NCBI GenBank assembly: GCA_003858585.1
Contig: RQZE01000006.1
Span: 30,001-62,000 of the forward strand
DNA from: Erysipelotrichaceae bacterium OH741_COT-311
Lineage (GTDB): Bacteria > Bacillota_I > Bacilli_A > Erysipelotrichales > Erysipelotrichaceae
Length of the DNA stretch: 32,000 nucleotides
Direction: 5' to 3'
Part shown: positions 6,997-17,199 of the stretch, in pieces
How the letters are laid out: the number at the start of each line of letters is the position of its first letter
Position numbering within the stretch: position 1 is the first letter of the stretch
The notes under the pieces: generated by a model
What the model was told of the DNA's origin: nothing
Database searches by the model: none
The model's input: only the letters and a program-made list of their open reading frames with translations
Made by a program: the position numbers and the translations under genes

Positions 6997-8529
6997 ATGT
7001 TACAAGAATTGATACAAGTATTTATAGAACAATTTGATTTCTTTATACATGCGTTTTTTACCCATATTAAAATATCCTTTATTTCTGTTTACTTTGCAAG
7101 TGTCTTAGGAATTGGTTTAGGCTTATGGATTAGTAAGCATAAGAAATATGCCCAAGGTGTTATCAGTGCGGTTAGTTTGTTGTATACGATACCTTCAATT
7201 GCGCTGTTAGGATTTTTGATTTCCATTTCAGGGATTGGAAATACTACTGCAATTATTGCTTTAACTCTTTATGGATTACTTCCTATGGTAAGAAGTACTT
7301 ATACCGGCTTATTGGAAGTAGATCCCGCCTTAATTGAGGCAGCAAGAGGAATGGGAAGTGATGAGAAACAAATCTTAAAGAATGTAAAAATTCCATTGGC
7401 ATTTCCTTTTATCTTTTCCGCTTTTCGAAATATGACAACCATGACGATTGCCCTTGCAGGGATTGCTTCCTTTGTTGGAGCCGGTGGGCTAGGAGTTGCG
7501 ATTTATCGAGGAATTACTACCAATAATGTTATGATGATTTACATTGGTAGTATCTTAGTGGCTGCTTTGGCGATTCTTACTGATGGATGTTTACAATTGT
7601 TAGAAACATATTTTATAACCTATCGTAAAAAGGGCTTAGCTTTTATTCGATATAGTTTTCGTTTTGCTTGGATTGTTGTTGTATTAGTGCTTTTTCCTTA
7701 TGAATATCATAGTAATGTGATTAAAATTGCCGGTAAACCGACAACGGAAGGTTATATCTTGGCAGAGTTGGTATCCATTACCATTGAAGAACATACGGAT
7801 TTAAAGGTAAAACTTACCCATGGTATTGGTGGAGGAACCGGTAATATTCATCCTGCTATGGTAAAAGGTGATTTTGATATTTATAGTGATTATACCGGTA
7901 CGATATGGCAAGTGGTATTAAAGGAAGAGGAGCCTTATAATGAAAGGCGCTTCTATGAATTAAATACAAAGTATTTAATGGAGTATGGATTGATGTTTAA
8001 GGGGTTATATGGTTTTAATAATACGTATGGCTTAGCGGTTCATAAAGAGATTGCTGATCGTTATCAGTTAAAGACGTATAGTGATTTAGCGAAGTTTTCC
8101 AATCAATTAATCTTTGGGGCAGAGTATGATTTTTATCAACGCGAGGATGGATTTAATGCCTTAAAAGATGCTTATCATTTTCAATTTAAAAAGGTGGTTG
8201 ATTTAGATAATGGATTGAAGTATCAAGCTATGGCAAATAAACAGATTGATGTTATGACAATCTTTACAACGGATGGTATGCTTACAAGTAGTGATGTTGT
8301 AGTCTTAGAAGATGATCTCATGTTTTATCCGTCTTATTTGGCTGGTAGTGTTATACGACAAGCAACGTTAGAAGAATATCCCCAATTGGAGGACGTCCTT
8401 TTACTCTTAGAGAATCGTATTAGTGATCAAGAGATGGCTCAAATGAATTATGAGGTCGAAGTGTTAAATAAAAAGCCATCGGAAGTAGCCTATGCTTTTT
8501 TGAAGGAGAAAGGATTGTTAAAGAAATGA
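6997..8529 (+). CDS. Osmoprotectant (glycine betaine/choline/carnitine-type) ABC transporter, fused permease and substrate-binding protein
   Basis: The N-terminal ~210 aa form a BPD-type permease with multiple TM helices, and the C-terminal ~290 aa form an OpuAC/OpuBC-like binding domain. A strong RBS (AGGAGG) precedes the start. Confidence 0.75.
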   Translation: MLQELIQVFIEQFDFFIHAFFTHIKISFISVYFASVLGIGLGLWISKHKKYAQGVISAVSLLYTIPSIALLGFLISISGIGNTTAIIALTLYGLLPMVRSTYTGLLEVDPALIEAARGMGSDEKQILKNVKIPLAFPFIFSAFRNMTTMTIALAGIASFVGAGGLGVAIYRGITTNNVMMIYIGSILVAALAILTDGCLQLLETYFITYRKKGLAFIRYSFRFAWIVVVLVLFPYEYHSNVIKIAGKPTTEGYILAELVSITIEEHTDLKVKLTHGIGGGTGNIHPAMVKGDFDIYSDYTGTIWQVVLKEEEPYNERRFYELNTKYLMEYGLMFKGLYGFNNTYGLAVHKEIADRYQLKTYSDLAKFSNQLIFGAEYDFYQREDGFNALKDAYHFQFKKVVDLDNGLKYQAMANKQIDVMTIFTTDGMLTSSDVVVLEDDLMFYPSYLAGSVIRQATLEEYPQLEDVLLLLENRISDQEMAQMNYEVEVLNKKPSEVAYAFLKEKGLLKK

Positions 8530-9266
8530 GTGCCATTGTTAAGTTTGAACATGTCAGTAAAGATTATCAAAAGAAAACCATCATTGAAGATTTTGATTTA
8601 GAGATTGAAGAAGGTAGTTTTTTAGTTATTATTGGATCAAGTGGAAGTGGTAAAACAACGATTATGAAGATGATTAATGGTTTAGTGCTTCCAAGTAAAG
8701 GAAATGTGTATGTCCAAGGGAAAGATGTTTTATCGCAAGATTTGATTGCTTTGCGCAGAAGTATAGGCTATGCCATACAGGGGAATGTCTTATTTCCTCA
8801 TCTGACGATTAAAGAAAACATTGCTTATGTATTAAATCTATTAAAGAAAGATCAAAAAGAAATTGATGAAGTTGTATTAAAGAGTTTGCGTTTATTAAAC
8901 TTGCCGGAGGATGTGTTGCATCGTTATCCTAGTCAATTAAGTGGGGGACAAAATCAACGGGTTAATATTGCTCGTGCATTAAGCAATCAACCAAGGATTT
9001 TATTGATGGATGAACCGTTTGGGGCATTGGATGCGATTGTCAAATATCAATTACAAAGAGATTTAAAGAAGATGCATCAAGAGTTAAAGAATACCATTGT
9101 ATTTATTACGCATGACATTCATGAAGCATTGAAGTTAGCGACTCATATTTTAGTTATGGATCAAGGTAAGATACAGCAATACGCCACAGTGAAAGAGATT
9201 GTAGAAAAACCTGCCAATGCCTTTGTGGCTCAGCTTTTAAATATGGCATGTAAGGAGATTGTATGA
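8526..9266 (+). CDS. ABC transporter ATP-binding protein (partner of the fused Opu-like permease)
   Basis: It has Walker A GSSGSGKTT, the signature LSGGQNQR and Walker B LLMDEPFGALD. Its ATGA overlaps the upstream stop. It has no CBS tail. Confidence 0.85.
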   Translation: MSAIVKFEHVSKDYQKKTIIEDFDLEIEEGSFLVIIGSSGSGKTTIMKMINGLVLPSKGNVYVQGKDVLSQDLIALRRSIGYAIQGNVLFPHLTIKENIAYVLNLLKKDQKEIDEVVLKSLRLLNLPEDVLHRYPSQLSGGQNQRVNIARALSNQPRILLMDEPFGALDAIVKYQLQRDLKKMHQELKNTIVFITHDIHEALKLATHILVMDQGKIQQYATVKEIVEKPANAFVAQLLNMACKEIV

Positions 9267-9970
9267 AATTAGTTGTAAGTCATTTAAAGAAGCGTTTTGG
9301 AAGTAAGGAAGTATTAAAGGATATTGATTTTACATTTCAACAAGGTAGTATTTATGCGTTATTAGGACGTAATGGTTCCGGAAAGACAACGTTGTTTAAT
9401 CTTATTGCATCTAACTTTAGTAAAGATGCCGGTACTGTGAAACTTATCGAAGAAGATGGTTCCATGCATGATATTAAAAATGAAGACATCTTTTTAATGG
9501 TTGCAGAACCTATTTTGCCTCGTTTTTTAACAGGTTACGAGTTTATTAAGTTTTTTGTAGAAGTGCATCATGTAACGAATGTTGATATTGATGCGTATTT
9601 TAATCAGATTGAATTTCATCCACAAGATCGTCATCGCTTGATTCAAAGTTACTCTACGGGAATGAAGAATAAGTTACAGATGATTATGTTTTTAATTTTA
9701 AAACCTAAGATTATTTTAATGGATGAACCATTAACTTCTCTTGATGTAGTGATTCAATTGCAAATGAAACGAATTATCAAACAAATCCAAAAAGACCACA
9801 TTATTATCTTTTCAACGCATATCTTACAGCTTGCGAAAGATTTATGTGAAGAGTTAGTGATTTTAAATGATGGGTATTTACAGGCAATTGATCAAGAAGT
9901 TATGCATACGCAAGATTTTGAACATAATATTATTGAATTATTAAAGGATAAAGAAGATGAACATCATTAA
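9263..9970 (+). CDS. ABC transporter ATP-binding protein (ABC-2/export-type)
   Basis: It has Walker A GRNGSGKTT, the degenerate signature YSTGMKNK and Walker B ILMDEPLTSLD. Confidence 0.8.
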   Translation: MKLVVSHLKKRFGSKEVLKDIDFTFQQGSIYALLGRNGSGKTTLFNLIASNFSKDAGTVKLIEEDGSMHDIKNEDIFLMVAEPILPRFLTGYEFIKFFVEVHHVTNVDIDAYFNQIEFHPQDRHRLIQSYSTGMKNKLQMIMFLILKPKIILMDEPLTSLDVVIQLQMKRIIKQIQKDHIIIFSTHILQLAKDLCEELVILNDGYLQAIDQEVMHTQDFEHNIIELLKDKEDEHH

Positions 9971-11519
9971 TTTATATATTCGCTTAAGTTATATTCAAGT
10001 ATGTCAATTGATCAATGCGATAGTGGCTTTTTTCTATAACTTCCCTATTATCAAGAAGATGCATGGACATACGTATGGTTTTTATGGATTCAAAAGTGTT
10101 GTTAATCGCATAGCCTTTGTTGGAGCCTTTCTCTTTCATTTTTTTAAGGATGCTCTTAGCTATGTTGTAGTTTTAGGTGGAATAAGTGTAGGAATTAAGT
10201 CTTTGTTAGGTTTACTACCTATTGTAAATGACTTAAGTGTTTTGGAAATCTTAATTTTATTAAATCTAGCGATGTTTATCTTTGTGTCGAATACCATGAA
10301 TAACATTGTATCCATTAAGCAGTTAAAAACGTATTATCATTTACCGCTTATGGATTTAGTCTATATCAAAGAATTTGTAACACCTTTCAATACATTTATC
10401 AATGAATGGATTATATTAAGCATAGTAGCACATTTTACTTCGATGATTACCTATGTCCAAGCATTTTTAATTTCCTTGTTGTTTTTAACAACCAACATTG
10501 TATGTTCTGCATTGAATTTAAAGTTACATCATGTGAAGAAATCTTTGGGTGGCTTTATCCTGTTTATCATTTTCTTAGTGATTTTTTTTGGACTTGTGTA
10601 TAGTTATCGTTTGTGGGGACAAAATCAAACGTTTGTTTTATTGGTGTTAAATGGTATGTCTTTGGTTGCTTTGCCAATGGCAATTGGTATCATTCAAACG
10701 TATCCGCATTACGATGGTATCTTAGAGGATTCTACGTTGAGTAAGTATGAGGCTGTAACGAAGTATCGTTATACAAATCAAGTAGCCTTAAAAGATAGTG
10801 ATGTTCATATTAAAAAGAGTAATAAGAAGGGCTATGCCTTACTCAATGATCTGTTTTTTAAACGTAATTTTCGCTTATTGGTAAAACCTTCCTTGATAAA
10901 AACAGGTGTTTATCTTGCTATTACTGCATTCTATGTCTTGGCAATGCGATTGAATTGGTTTCATTTTGCTGAAAAAGATCATCTGTATGCCATCTTGTCT
11001 ACTACACCCATTGTGATGTATATCGGTTGTAACGATTCTTCGATTATTATTTCGATGTATTATAACTGCGATAATAGTTTACTGGAGTATGGATTTTATA
11101 AACAATCCAAAGCAATCTTAGAGATGTTGTATTTGCGTTTATGGTCAATGTTAAAGATTTTCTTAATGCCAACCTCTGCTTTTCTGTTCTTTGTTGCCAT
11201 TGCATCAAAGTTGTCAAAAATTCCTTTGGATGATATGTTAAAACTAATGGCATCCAGTCTATTTCTAATGGTCTTTTTTGCCTTCTATTTACTCTTAATT
11301 TATTATTTATTAGTTCCGTTTACTCAAGATGAAAAGATTAAAAATCCCATTTATTATATTGTTAATTTTGCAGTGTATATGATCTTTATTTTTGGTAATA
11401 AATACATTACAAGTGTAGATATGTTGTTTTATCTTTCGTTGATAGTAATGATAGTGGTTGTCGTTTTTGGTGGGGTAGCAATTTATTATCTGGCTCCAAA
11501 AACGTTTCGTAGAAAATAA
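9957..11519 (+). CDS. Polytopic membrane protein, putative permease partner of the preceding ABC ATPase
   Basis: The 520-aa protein has many hydrophobic helices, overlaps the ATPase gene by 14 nt, and has no recognisable family motif. Confidence 0.55.
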   Translation: MNIINLYIRLSYIQVCQLINAIVAFFYNFPIIKKMHGHTYGFYGFKSVVNRIAFVGAFLFHFFKDALSYVVVLGGISVGIKSLLGLLPIVNDLSVLEILILLNLAMFIFVSNTMNNIVSIKQLKTYYHLPLMDLVYIKEFVTPFNTFINEWIILSIVAHFTSMITYVQAFLISLLFLTTNIVCSALNLKLHHVKKSLGGFILFIIFLVIFFGLVYSYRLWGQNQTFVLLVLNGMSLVALPMAIGIIQTYPHYDGILEDSTLSKYEAVTKYRYTNQVALKDSDVHIKKSNKKGYALLNDLFFKRNFRLLVKPSLIKTGVYLAITAFYVLAMRLNWFHFAEKDHLYAILSTTPIVMYIGCNDSSIIISMYYNCDNSLLEYGFYKQSKAILEMLYLRLWSMLKIFLMPTSAFLFFVAIASKLSKIPLDDMLKLMASSLFLMVFFAFYLLLIYYLLVPFTQDEKIKNPIYYIVNFAVYMIFIFGNKYITSVDMLFYLSLIVMIVVVVFGGVAIYYLAPKTFRRK

Positions 11520-11545
11520 AAAGTGCCTAGCACTTTTTATTTTAT
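11519..11545. terminator. Bidirectional rho-independent terminator
   Basis: AAAAGTGC-CTA-GCACTTTT forms an 8-bp stem followed by TATTTTAT. It sits between convergent genes. Confidence 0.7.
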
Positions 11546-13429
11546 CAACTTCATGAATTCTTCGTAGCTTTTACAGTGAAGGACTTTAGTAAGGGAAGGT
11601 ATATCGGTGTAAAGGCTCGTAATCCATTCAAAGAAGAGAGTTAATATGTGATTGTCATAACGATCAACAGCCAGTAAGAAGATAATGCTTACTTCATAAT
11701 CTCCCCATTTTAAGGGTTTGTTTAAAATCATAATAGAAATATTAGATTGATAGACAAGACTGGAATCTAGGGCATGAGGAATCGCAAAGCCATAGGCAAA
11801 AGAAGTTGGGGAGAAGCTTTCTCGTTTCATCAGACTTTCATAGAAGGCTTCCTCGACATTCTTGCTTTGGTATAAATCATCGGCTAAAAATTTTAAGGTA
11901 GCTTCTACGGTTTCAAATTCTTTGTTGGTGTAGAAGTGTTCCTTCGTAATGATGCGATCTAAATAAATTTCATATTCTTTCTTTAGTTTCTTTTGGGTTA
12001 AAAGCGATATGGATGAGCGTATCTTTGCTTCATCTTCATGGGTCATAAAGAAAGAGATTTGAATCGTTAAAATATCAAGACGATGTTTTAAGGGAGTCGT
12101 CGTAATGATCAAATCGGGTTTTAGTTCATGAATTTTATCTTCTTCAAAGTAGGTAAATTGTTGAATAATTTCAAGACTATCTTCAAAGATATTAGTAATT
12201 TTGGCAATTGGAATCTTACTAATTGCCTGTGTTTTTGGAAAGATTAAAACCGCTTTGTATTTTTTAGGAAACATTTGTTCATAAGCTAAGCCTAAGTGTA
12301 AGGCAATAAAGCCAATTTCAGCTTCTTGGATAGTAATGTTTAACAGTTTTGATAAAAAAGCAGAGGCAGATACGGCAAGTTCAAAGATTAAAGGAAATCG
12401 TTTCTTAATTTCATTGAGATAGAAATTAGGGGAATGAATTTTATCTTTGTTACGTTGAACAAGAGCTTGTAGATGTAAACTTAAGCCAACTACAAGACTT
12501 TTGTTTGATGAAAAGTTAATGCCGTATTGACTGTATATGTAGTCAATGAGTTCATGGATAATCATTTCATATTGATGATTGTTATTTAAAAATAACCATT
12601 TACAATTATAGTTATAGCTTTTCTTACTCATTAGTAAGCAGGAAAGCAACATAATTTCTGATTCTACAATAGGAAGTTGAAAGACATTGGAAATCTGTTG
12701 AAAGAAGTCCGTTGATATTTGATATTCAACGGTTTTTTTAATGTCTTCATTTTCAATGTTACTTGGTAAATAGTTAAAGTCTAACATACGTTCAATCGCA
12801 ACCCCAATATGAATCATTAAGGTTGGAAAGTGAATTTCATCGATGTCATATTCATACTGATGGAATAAGCCTTCCATGATTTGTTTGGCTTTTAAAAGAT
12901 CGAATTTCTTATATAAACTTGCGATTTCATTCATGTTGAAGAAATTGTTAGAGGCTTCTTGAGTGAGTAAGTTTTTATATAAAAGACGTTTACTTTTTTC
13001 ATCTCCTTGTAGTACTAAATAATTATCATGTTTGCTGATCTTTAGATTTGGATAGTTACTCAGCATTTCTTTTAAACGTTTTAAATCATTATCTAAGGAG
13101 TATTCACTGATGTAGATTTCATCTAGAAGTTGGTGAATGCTAATCTTTTGTTTCTTAATTAAAAGCTTTTGTAAGATATAATCGCATCGTTCTTTTGGTG
13201 TGATGGGAATATTGATGTCTTGTTGGTTTTTAAGTAAGTGATTTTTATTGTCTAAAAGACGATAACCTTTCCTTAAATCAGATTCAATGACTTTATGTTG
13301 TCGGTTAATGGCTTCAATGTCATAGCGAATCGTACGATCGGTAACATTTAACATTTGGGCAAGTTGTTTGCCTGTAATCCAATCGCTTTGATTTTCCAAT
13401 AACATGAGTAGTTTATCTTTTCTTTTCAT
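11537..13429 (-). CDS. PRD-domain transcriptional regulator of the BglG/LicR/MtlR type (HTH, two PRDs, an EIIB-like domain and an EIIA-2-like domain)
   Basis: It has an N-terminal winged HTH (ITGKQLAQMLNVTDRTIRYDIEAIN), central PRD-like helices and a C-terminal EIIA type-2 pattern (GFAIPHA). I prefer the start at MKRKDKLL (13429), because the 24-codon upstream extension covers a promoter and operator palindrome. Confidence 0.75.
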   Translation of the reverse strand: MKRKDKLLMLLENQSDWITGKQLAQMLNVTDRTIRYDIEAINRQHKVIESDLRKGYRLLDNKNHLLKNQQDINIPITPKERCDYILQKLLIKKQKISIHQLLDEIYISEYSLDNDLKRLKEMLSNYPNLKISKHDNYLVLQGDEKSKRLLYKNLLTQEASNNFFNMNEIASLYKKFDLLKAKQIMEGLFHQYEYDIDEIHFPTLMIHIGVAIERMLDFNYLPSNIENEDIKKTVEYQISTDFFQQISNVFQLPIVESEIMLLSCLLMSKKSYNYNCKWLFLNNNHQYEMIIHELIDYIYSQYGINFSSNKSLVVGLSLHLQALVQRNKDKIHSPNFYLNEIKKRFPLIFELAVSASAFLSKLLNITIQEAEIGFIALHLGLAYEQMFPKKYKAVLIFPKTQAISKIPIAKITNIFEDSLEIIQQFTYFEEDKIHELKPDLIITTTPLKHRLDILTIQISFFMTHEDEAKIRSSISLLTQKKLKKEYEIYLDRIITKEHFYTNKEFETVEATLKFLADDLYQSKNVEEAFYESLMKRESFSPTSFAYGFAIPHALDSSLVYQSNISIMILNKPLKWGDYEVSIIFLLAVDRYDNHILTLFFEWITSLYTDIPSLTKVLHCKSYEEFMKLIK

Positions 13430-13470
13430 GATTTTATTATATCTAAAAACAAGGATTGTGGTATAGATAG

Positions 13471-13492
13471 TTTTTCCTAGGTTTAGGAAAAA
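13471..13492. promoter_or_regulatory. Perfect palindrome TTTTTCCTA-GGTT-TAGGAAAAA in the divergent regulator/operon intergenic region; candidate operator
   Basis: It has 9-bp perfect arms. A related TTTCCT-N6-AGGAAA palindrome occurs upstream of the PTS EIIB gene at 18782-18799. Confidence 0.45.
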
Positions 13493-13533
13493 GAAGTGCA
13501 TAAAGTTAGGGGTCTCTACGTTATAATTAAATT

Positions 13534-14415
13534 ATGAATAAGAAATATATATGGAAAGAGATTGTTTCAATAATCTTAATTGTACTTTCAAGTTTAGTAC
13601 AAGTTTTTGCAATACAAACATTTGTATTACCAAGTCGTTTATTAAGTAGTGGATTTACCGGGTTAGCAATTTTAAGTAATCAGGCATTACAACTTTTAAA
13701 CATTGATTTTAGTGTATCTTTAGGGATTATTTTATTTAATATACCTGCCATTATGTTGTGTTTAAAGAGTGCGAATTGGCGATTTATTGCTCGCTCCATT
13801 TTGCAGTTAACATTAACGTCCTTCTTATTGAGAGTATTGGATTTTCAACCGGTTTTTACAGATATCATTTTGAATTGCTTAATTGGTGGTGTCGTGTATG
13901 GAATGTGTACGGTATTGGCTTTAAAGGCGGATGGTTCAACCGGTGGAACAGATTTTGTGGCAATGTATGTAGCAAATAAGACAGGTAAGAGTATTTGGAG
14001 TTATGTGTTTTTGTTTAATGTGGCAATGTTAGTTGTATTTGGGTTTTTATTTGGATTTGAATATGCCGGTTATTCCATTGTGTTTCAATTCGCATCAACA
14101 AAGACCATTGAGCGTTTCCATCATCGCTATGACCAAATGACGTTGCAGATTACAACCTATCATCCGGATAAGGTGATTGCACATTATACACGTTGTTATC
14201 GTCATGGCATTACGGTAAGTGAAAGCTATGGCGGATATTCCGGTAAGAAGTTGTATTTATGTCACACGGTAGTATCGAGTTATGAAATATCGGATATTGT
14301 GCGTATTATTCGTAAGGAAGATCCAAAGGCAATTATAAATGTATTAAAAACGGAAGATTTCTATGGTGGTTTTTATCGCCATCCAATTGGCGAGTATAAA
14401 GAGATGGAGGAGTAA
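13534..14415 (+). CDS. YitT-family membrane protein (DUF2179 C-terminal domain)
   Basis: It has five or six TM helices, a GSTGGTDF motif and a soluble C-terminal domain typical of the YitT/YpjC family. Confidence 0.7.
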   Translation: MNKKYIWKEIVSIILIVLSSLVQVFAIQTFVLPSRLLSSGFTGLAILSNQALQLLNIDFSVSLGIILFNIPAIMLCLKSANWRFIARSILQLTLTSFLLRVLDFQPVFTDIILNCLIGGVVYGMCTVLALKADGSTGGTDFVAMYVANKTGKSIWSYVFLFNVAMLVVFGFLFGFEYAGYSIVFQFASTKTIERFHHRYDQMTLQITTYHPDKVIAHYTRCYRHGITVSESYGGYSGKKLYLCHTVVSSYEISDIVRIIRKEDPKAIINVLKTEDFYGGFYRHPIGEYKEMEE

Positions 14416-14418
14416 GGT

Positions 14419-15372
14419 ATGTGGGCAATGATTGGGACTTGGCGTATGGCTTTAGAAGCGATTGATCAAGTTGTAAAGAGTGATGAGTGTAAGAAAGATG
14501 CAGGAAGTGCCATCGTTAAGGCAATTAAACAAATTGAAGATTTTGAGTATTTTAAGTCGGTAGGCTATGGTGGGTTACCAAATGAAGATATGGATGTGGA
14601 GTTGGATGCCGGATATATGAATGGAGATACGTTGGCATTTGGAGCCATTATGGCAGTAAGAGATATTAAAAATCCAATTGAAGTCGCTTATGCCTTATCC
14701 AAAGAATATACAAGTTGTCTTTTGGCTTCCGCTGGAGCAAGTCGTTTTGCCAGAAATCATGGGTTTCAACAAAAGGATATGTTATCTCCGCGAGCAAAAT
14801 TGCATTATCTTAAGCGTATGAAAGAAGAAAGACAAGTAGAGTTAAAACCATATATTGGACATGATACGGTAGGGATTTGTGCTTTAGATGAAAAAGGTTC
14901 TTTATGTGCAGGAACTTCTACTTCAGGTTTATTTATGAAGAAAGCCGGACGTGTAGGAGATAGCCCAATTTTAGGTAGTGGCTATTATGCAGATAGTGAT
15001 TATGGTTGTTGTAGTGCAACAGGGCTTGGTGAAGATTTAATGAAGGGGTGTATCAGTTTTCAAGTAGTGGAGTTATTAAAACAAGGCATTCCTGTTCAAG
15101 AGGCTTGTAGTCAAGCTTTACAAGCGTTACATGATCGTTTACTTAGAAAACAAGGGAAAGTAGGGGATTTATCCATTGTGGCATTAGATAAAAATGGTAA
15201 CTTTGGAGTTGCGACGAATATTGATAATTTCTCGTTTGTCTATGCAAGCAAAACACAGGCTCCAACGGTATATTTGGTAAAGAAACAAAATGGTAAGATG
15301 GAACTTGAAGTTGCAAGCCAACAATGGTTAAATGACTACTTAACAACAAGAATGGCAGCGATTGAACTATGA
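14419..15372 (+). CDS. Ntn-hydrolase of the glycosylasparaginase / isoaspartyl peptidase family (asparaginase 2)
   Basis: It has the autoprocessing site GHDTVG (Thr nucleophile) and downstream G-rich loops (GRVGDSPILGSG). The RBS GGAGGAG lies 7 nt upstream. Confidence 0.8.
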   Translation: MWAMIGTWRMALEAIDQVVKSDECKKDAGSAIVKAIKQIEDFEYFKSVGYGGLPNEDMDVELDAGYMNGDTLAFGAIMAVRDIKNPIEVAYALSKEYTSCLLASAGASRFARNHGFQQKDMLSPRAKLHYLKRMKEERQVELKPYIGHDTVGICALDEKGSLCAGTSTSGLFMKKAGRVGDSPILGSGYYADSDYGCCSATGLGEDLMKGCISFQVVELLKQGIPVQEACSQALQALHDRLLRKQGKVGDLSIVALDKNGNFGVATNIDNFSFVYASKTQAPTVYLVKKQNGKMELEVASQQWLNDYLTTRMAAIEL

Positions 15373-16112
15373 AAAAAATATTAGAAATCTGTTGCGGAAG
15401 TTACGAAGATGCGTTTGTTGCTTATCAAGCAGGGGCAAATCGCATTGAATTAAATAGTGCGCTGCATTTAGGTGGTCTAACACCTTCTTTGGGTAGTTTA
15501 ATCTTAGCGAAAAAGAATATGGATATTCCTATTATCTGTATGCTTAGAAATCGTGGTGCTGGATTTTGTTATAGTCCATCGGAAATAGATGTCATCTTTG
15601 AAGATGCCAGAATTTTATTGGAACATGGTGCAGATGGCTTATGTTTTGGGTTTTTAAAGGAAGATTTTACGATAGATGTAGCTCTTACTAAAAAAATGGT
15701 AAGTTTGATTCATAGGTATCATAAAGAAGCAGTGTTTCATCGCGCGTTTGATTTAACAAGTAATTTGAATGCCAGTATGGAAACGTTAATTGAATTAAAA
15801 GTAGATCGTGTTTTAACCAGTGGTGGCTTAGAAAAAGCTCCAATGGCAAGTAAGACTTTAAAACAACTTCAAGAAACGTATGGAGATCAAATAGAGTTGT
15901 TATTGGGGAGTGGTATTTCTGCCGATAATGTAAAAGCTTTAATGCAGGAAACAGGTATTTATCAAGTACACAGCAGTGCTAAAGTGTGGAAAGAGGATCC
16001 TACTACCGGTAATGCATACTTAGGGTATGGTTATCATAAAGAGAAGGATTACGATGTGGTTGATAAAGATAAGGTTATCGCTCTTAAACAAGAAGTGGAG
16101 GATGTTGTATGA
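15369..16112 (+). CDS. cutC: CutC-family protein
   Basis: The N-terminus LEICCGSYEDAFVAYQAGANRIELNSAL..GGLTPS is characteristic of CutC TIM-barrel proteins. Confidence 0.8.
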   Translation: MKKILEICCGSYEDAFVAYQAGANRIELNSALHLGGLTPSLGSLILAKKNMDIPIICMLRNRGAGFCYSPSEIDVIFEDARILLEHGADGLCFGFLKEDFTIDVALTKKMVSLIHRYHKEAVFHRAFDLTSNLNASMETLIELKVDRVLTSGGLEKAPMASKTLKQLQETYGDQIELLLGSGISADNVKALMQETGIYQVHSSAKVWKEDPTTGNAYLGYGYHKEKDYDVVDKDKVIALKQEVEDVV

Positions 16113-17197
16113 AACAGTTAGGGATTAGTATTTATCCGGCGCATTCCAACCTACAAGAAGATTATGCCTATTTAAAAAAGGCTTCTAATTTAGGGTATCG
16201 TCGTTTGTTTATGTGTTTATTATCAGAAGAATCTTCTGCTGAAGACATTGTTAAGAAGTATCAAGAACTTTGTTCGTATGCGCATTCTTTAGGATTTCAA
16301 ATATCTGTGGATACCAATTATGATGTATTTAAGAAATTAAAAGCGAGTCCATTTGATTTAAACATTTTTCATACAATGGGATTTGACATCATTCGTTTAG
16401 ATGGTCCTTTTACAGATTATGACTATGTGGTTATGACGAATAATCCATATCAATTAATCATTGAGTTTAATGGGGCTAGTTATTTAGATTTCCCTTATTT
16501 ATTGAAACTAGGGGCAAATCGTGATCAAATGGCAGTGTGTGCAAACTTTTATCCATGTCGCTATACCGGATTAAGTTTAGAATTATATCGTAGTTTTACA
16601 AATAGTTTTCGTTCATTAGGTTTTCGTAATGCAGCCTTTGTATCAAGCAATGAAAAGCATACCTTTGGTCCTTGGCCGGTGTATGAAGGTTTGGTAACTT
16701 TAGAAATGCATCGAGATATGGATCTTGTAGATCAAGCTCGTCATTTATTAGCGACCGGTTTGGTGGATGATATTATCATTGGCAATTGCTATGCCAGTGA
16801 AGAAGAATTAACGCGTTTAGCAAATCTGGATATGCATAAAGTGTATTTTAAATTAAAAGAAGAAGTTATGGATGAAGCAAGTGCCTTTATTGTTTATAAA
16901 GCATTGCATTTTAGACGTATGGATTGTGGGGACTATATGATTCGTAGCAGTTATCCTCGTAGTCTTAAAGACATTGATATAAAACCTGTAACATGTACAA
17001 AAAAAGAGTTTGCTTATGGGGATGTCTTGCTTGTTAATAGCAATTCCAGTCATTATCAAAGGGAGTTGCATATTGTGTTGAAGCCAATGAAGAATGATGG
17101 TACACGTAATCTTGTTGGTTCTTTAAGTGAGTTTGAAATGGAACTTGTTACATTGTTGAAAGACAATCAAATATTTACATTTGAAAGAGAGGTATAA
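16109..17197 (+). CDS. DUF871 / MupG-family 6-phospho-glycosidase-like protein
   Basis: The N-terminal LGISIYP motif, the ~360 aa size and the PTS operon context are typical of the MupG family. Confidence 0.65.
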   Translation: MKQLGISIYPAHSNLQEDYAYLKKASNLGYRRLFMCLLSEESSAEDIVKKYQELCSYAHSLGFQISVDTNYDVFKKLKASPFDLNIFHTMGFDIIRLDGPFTDYDYVVMTNNPYQLIIEFNGASYLDFPYLLKLGANRDQMAVCANFYPCRYTGLSLELYRSFTNSFRSLGFRNAAFVSSNEKHTFGPWPVYEGLVTLEMHRDMDLVDQARHLLATGLVDDIIIGNCYASEEELTRLANLDMHKVYFKLKEEVMDEASAFIVYKALHFRRMDCGDYMIRSSYPRSLKDIDIKPVTCTKKEFAYGDVLLVNSNSSHYQRELHIVLKPMKNDGTRNLVGSLSEFEMELVTLLKDNQIFTFEREV

Positions 17198-17199
17198 GG

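Noticed and set aside
13430-13501. A 24-codon N-terminal extension of the PRD regulator (MHFFFLNLGKTIYTTILVFRYNKI)
   Set aside because: The extension is hydrophobic and low-complexity, precedes a typical MKRKDKLL...HTH start, and covers the perfect palindrome at 13471-13492 in what is more plausibly the divergent promoter region.
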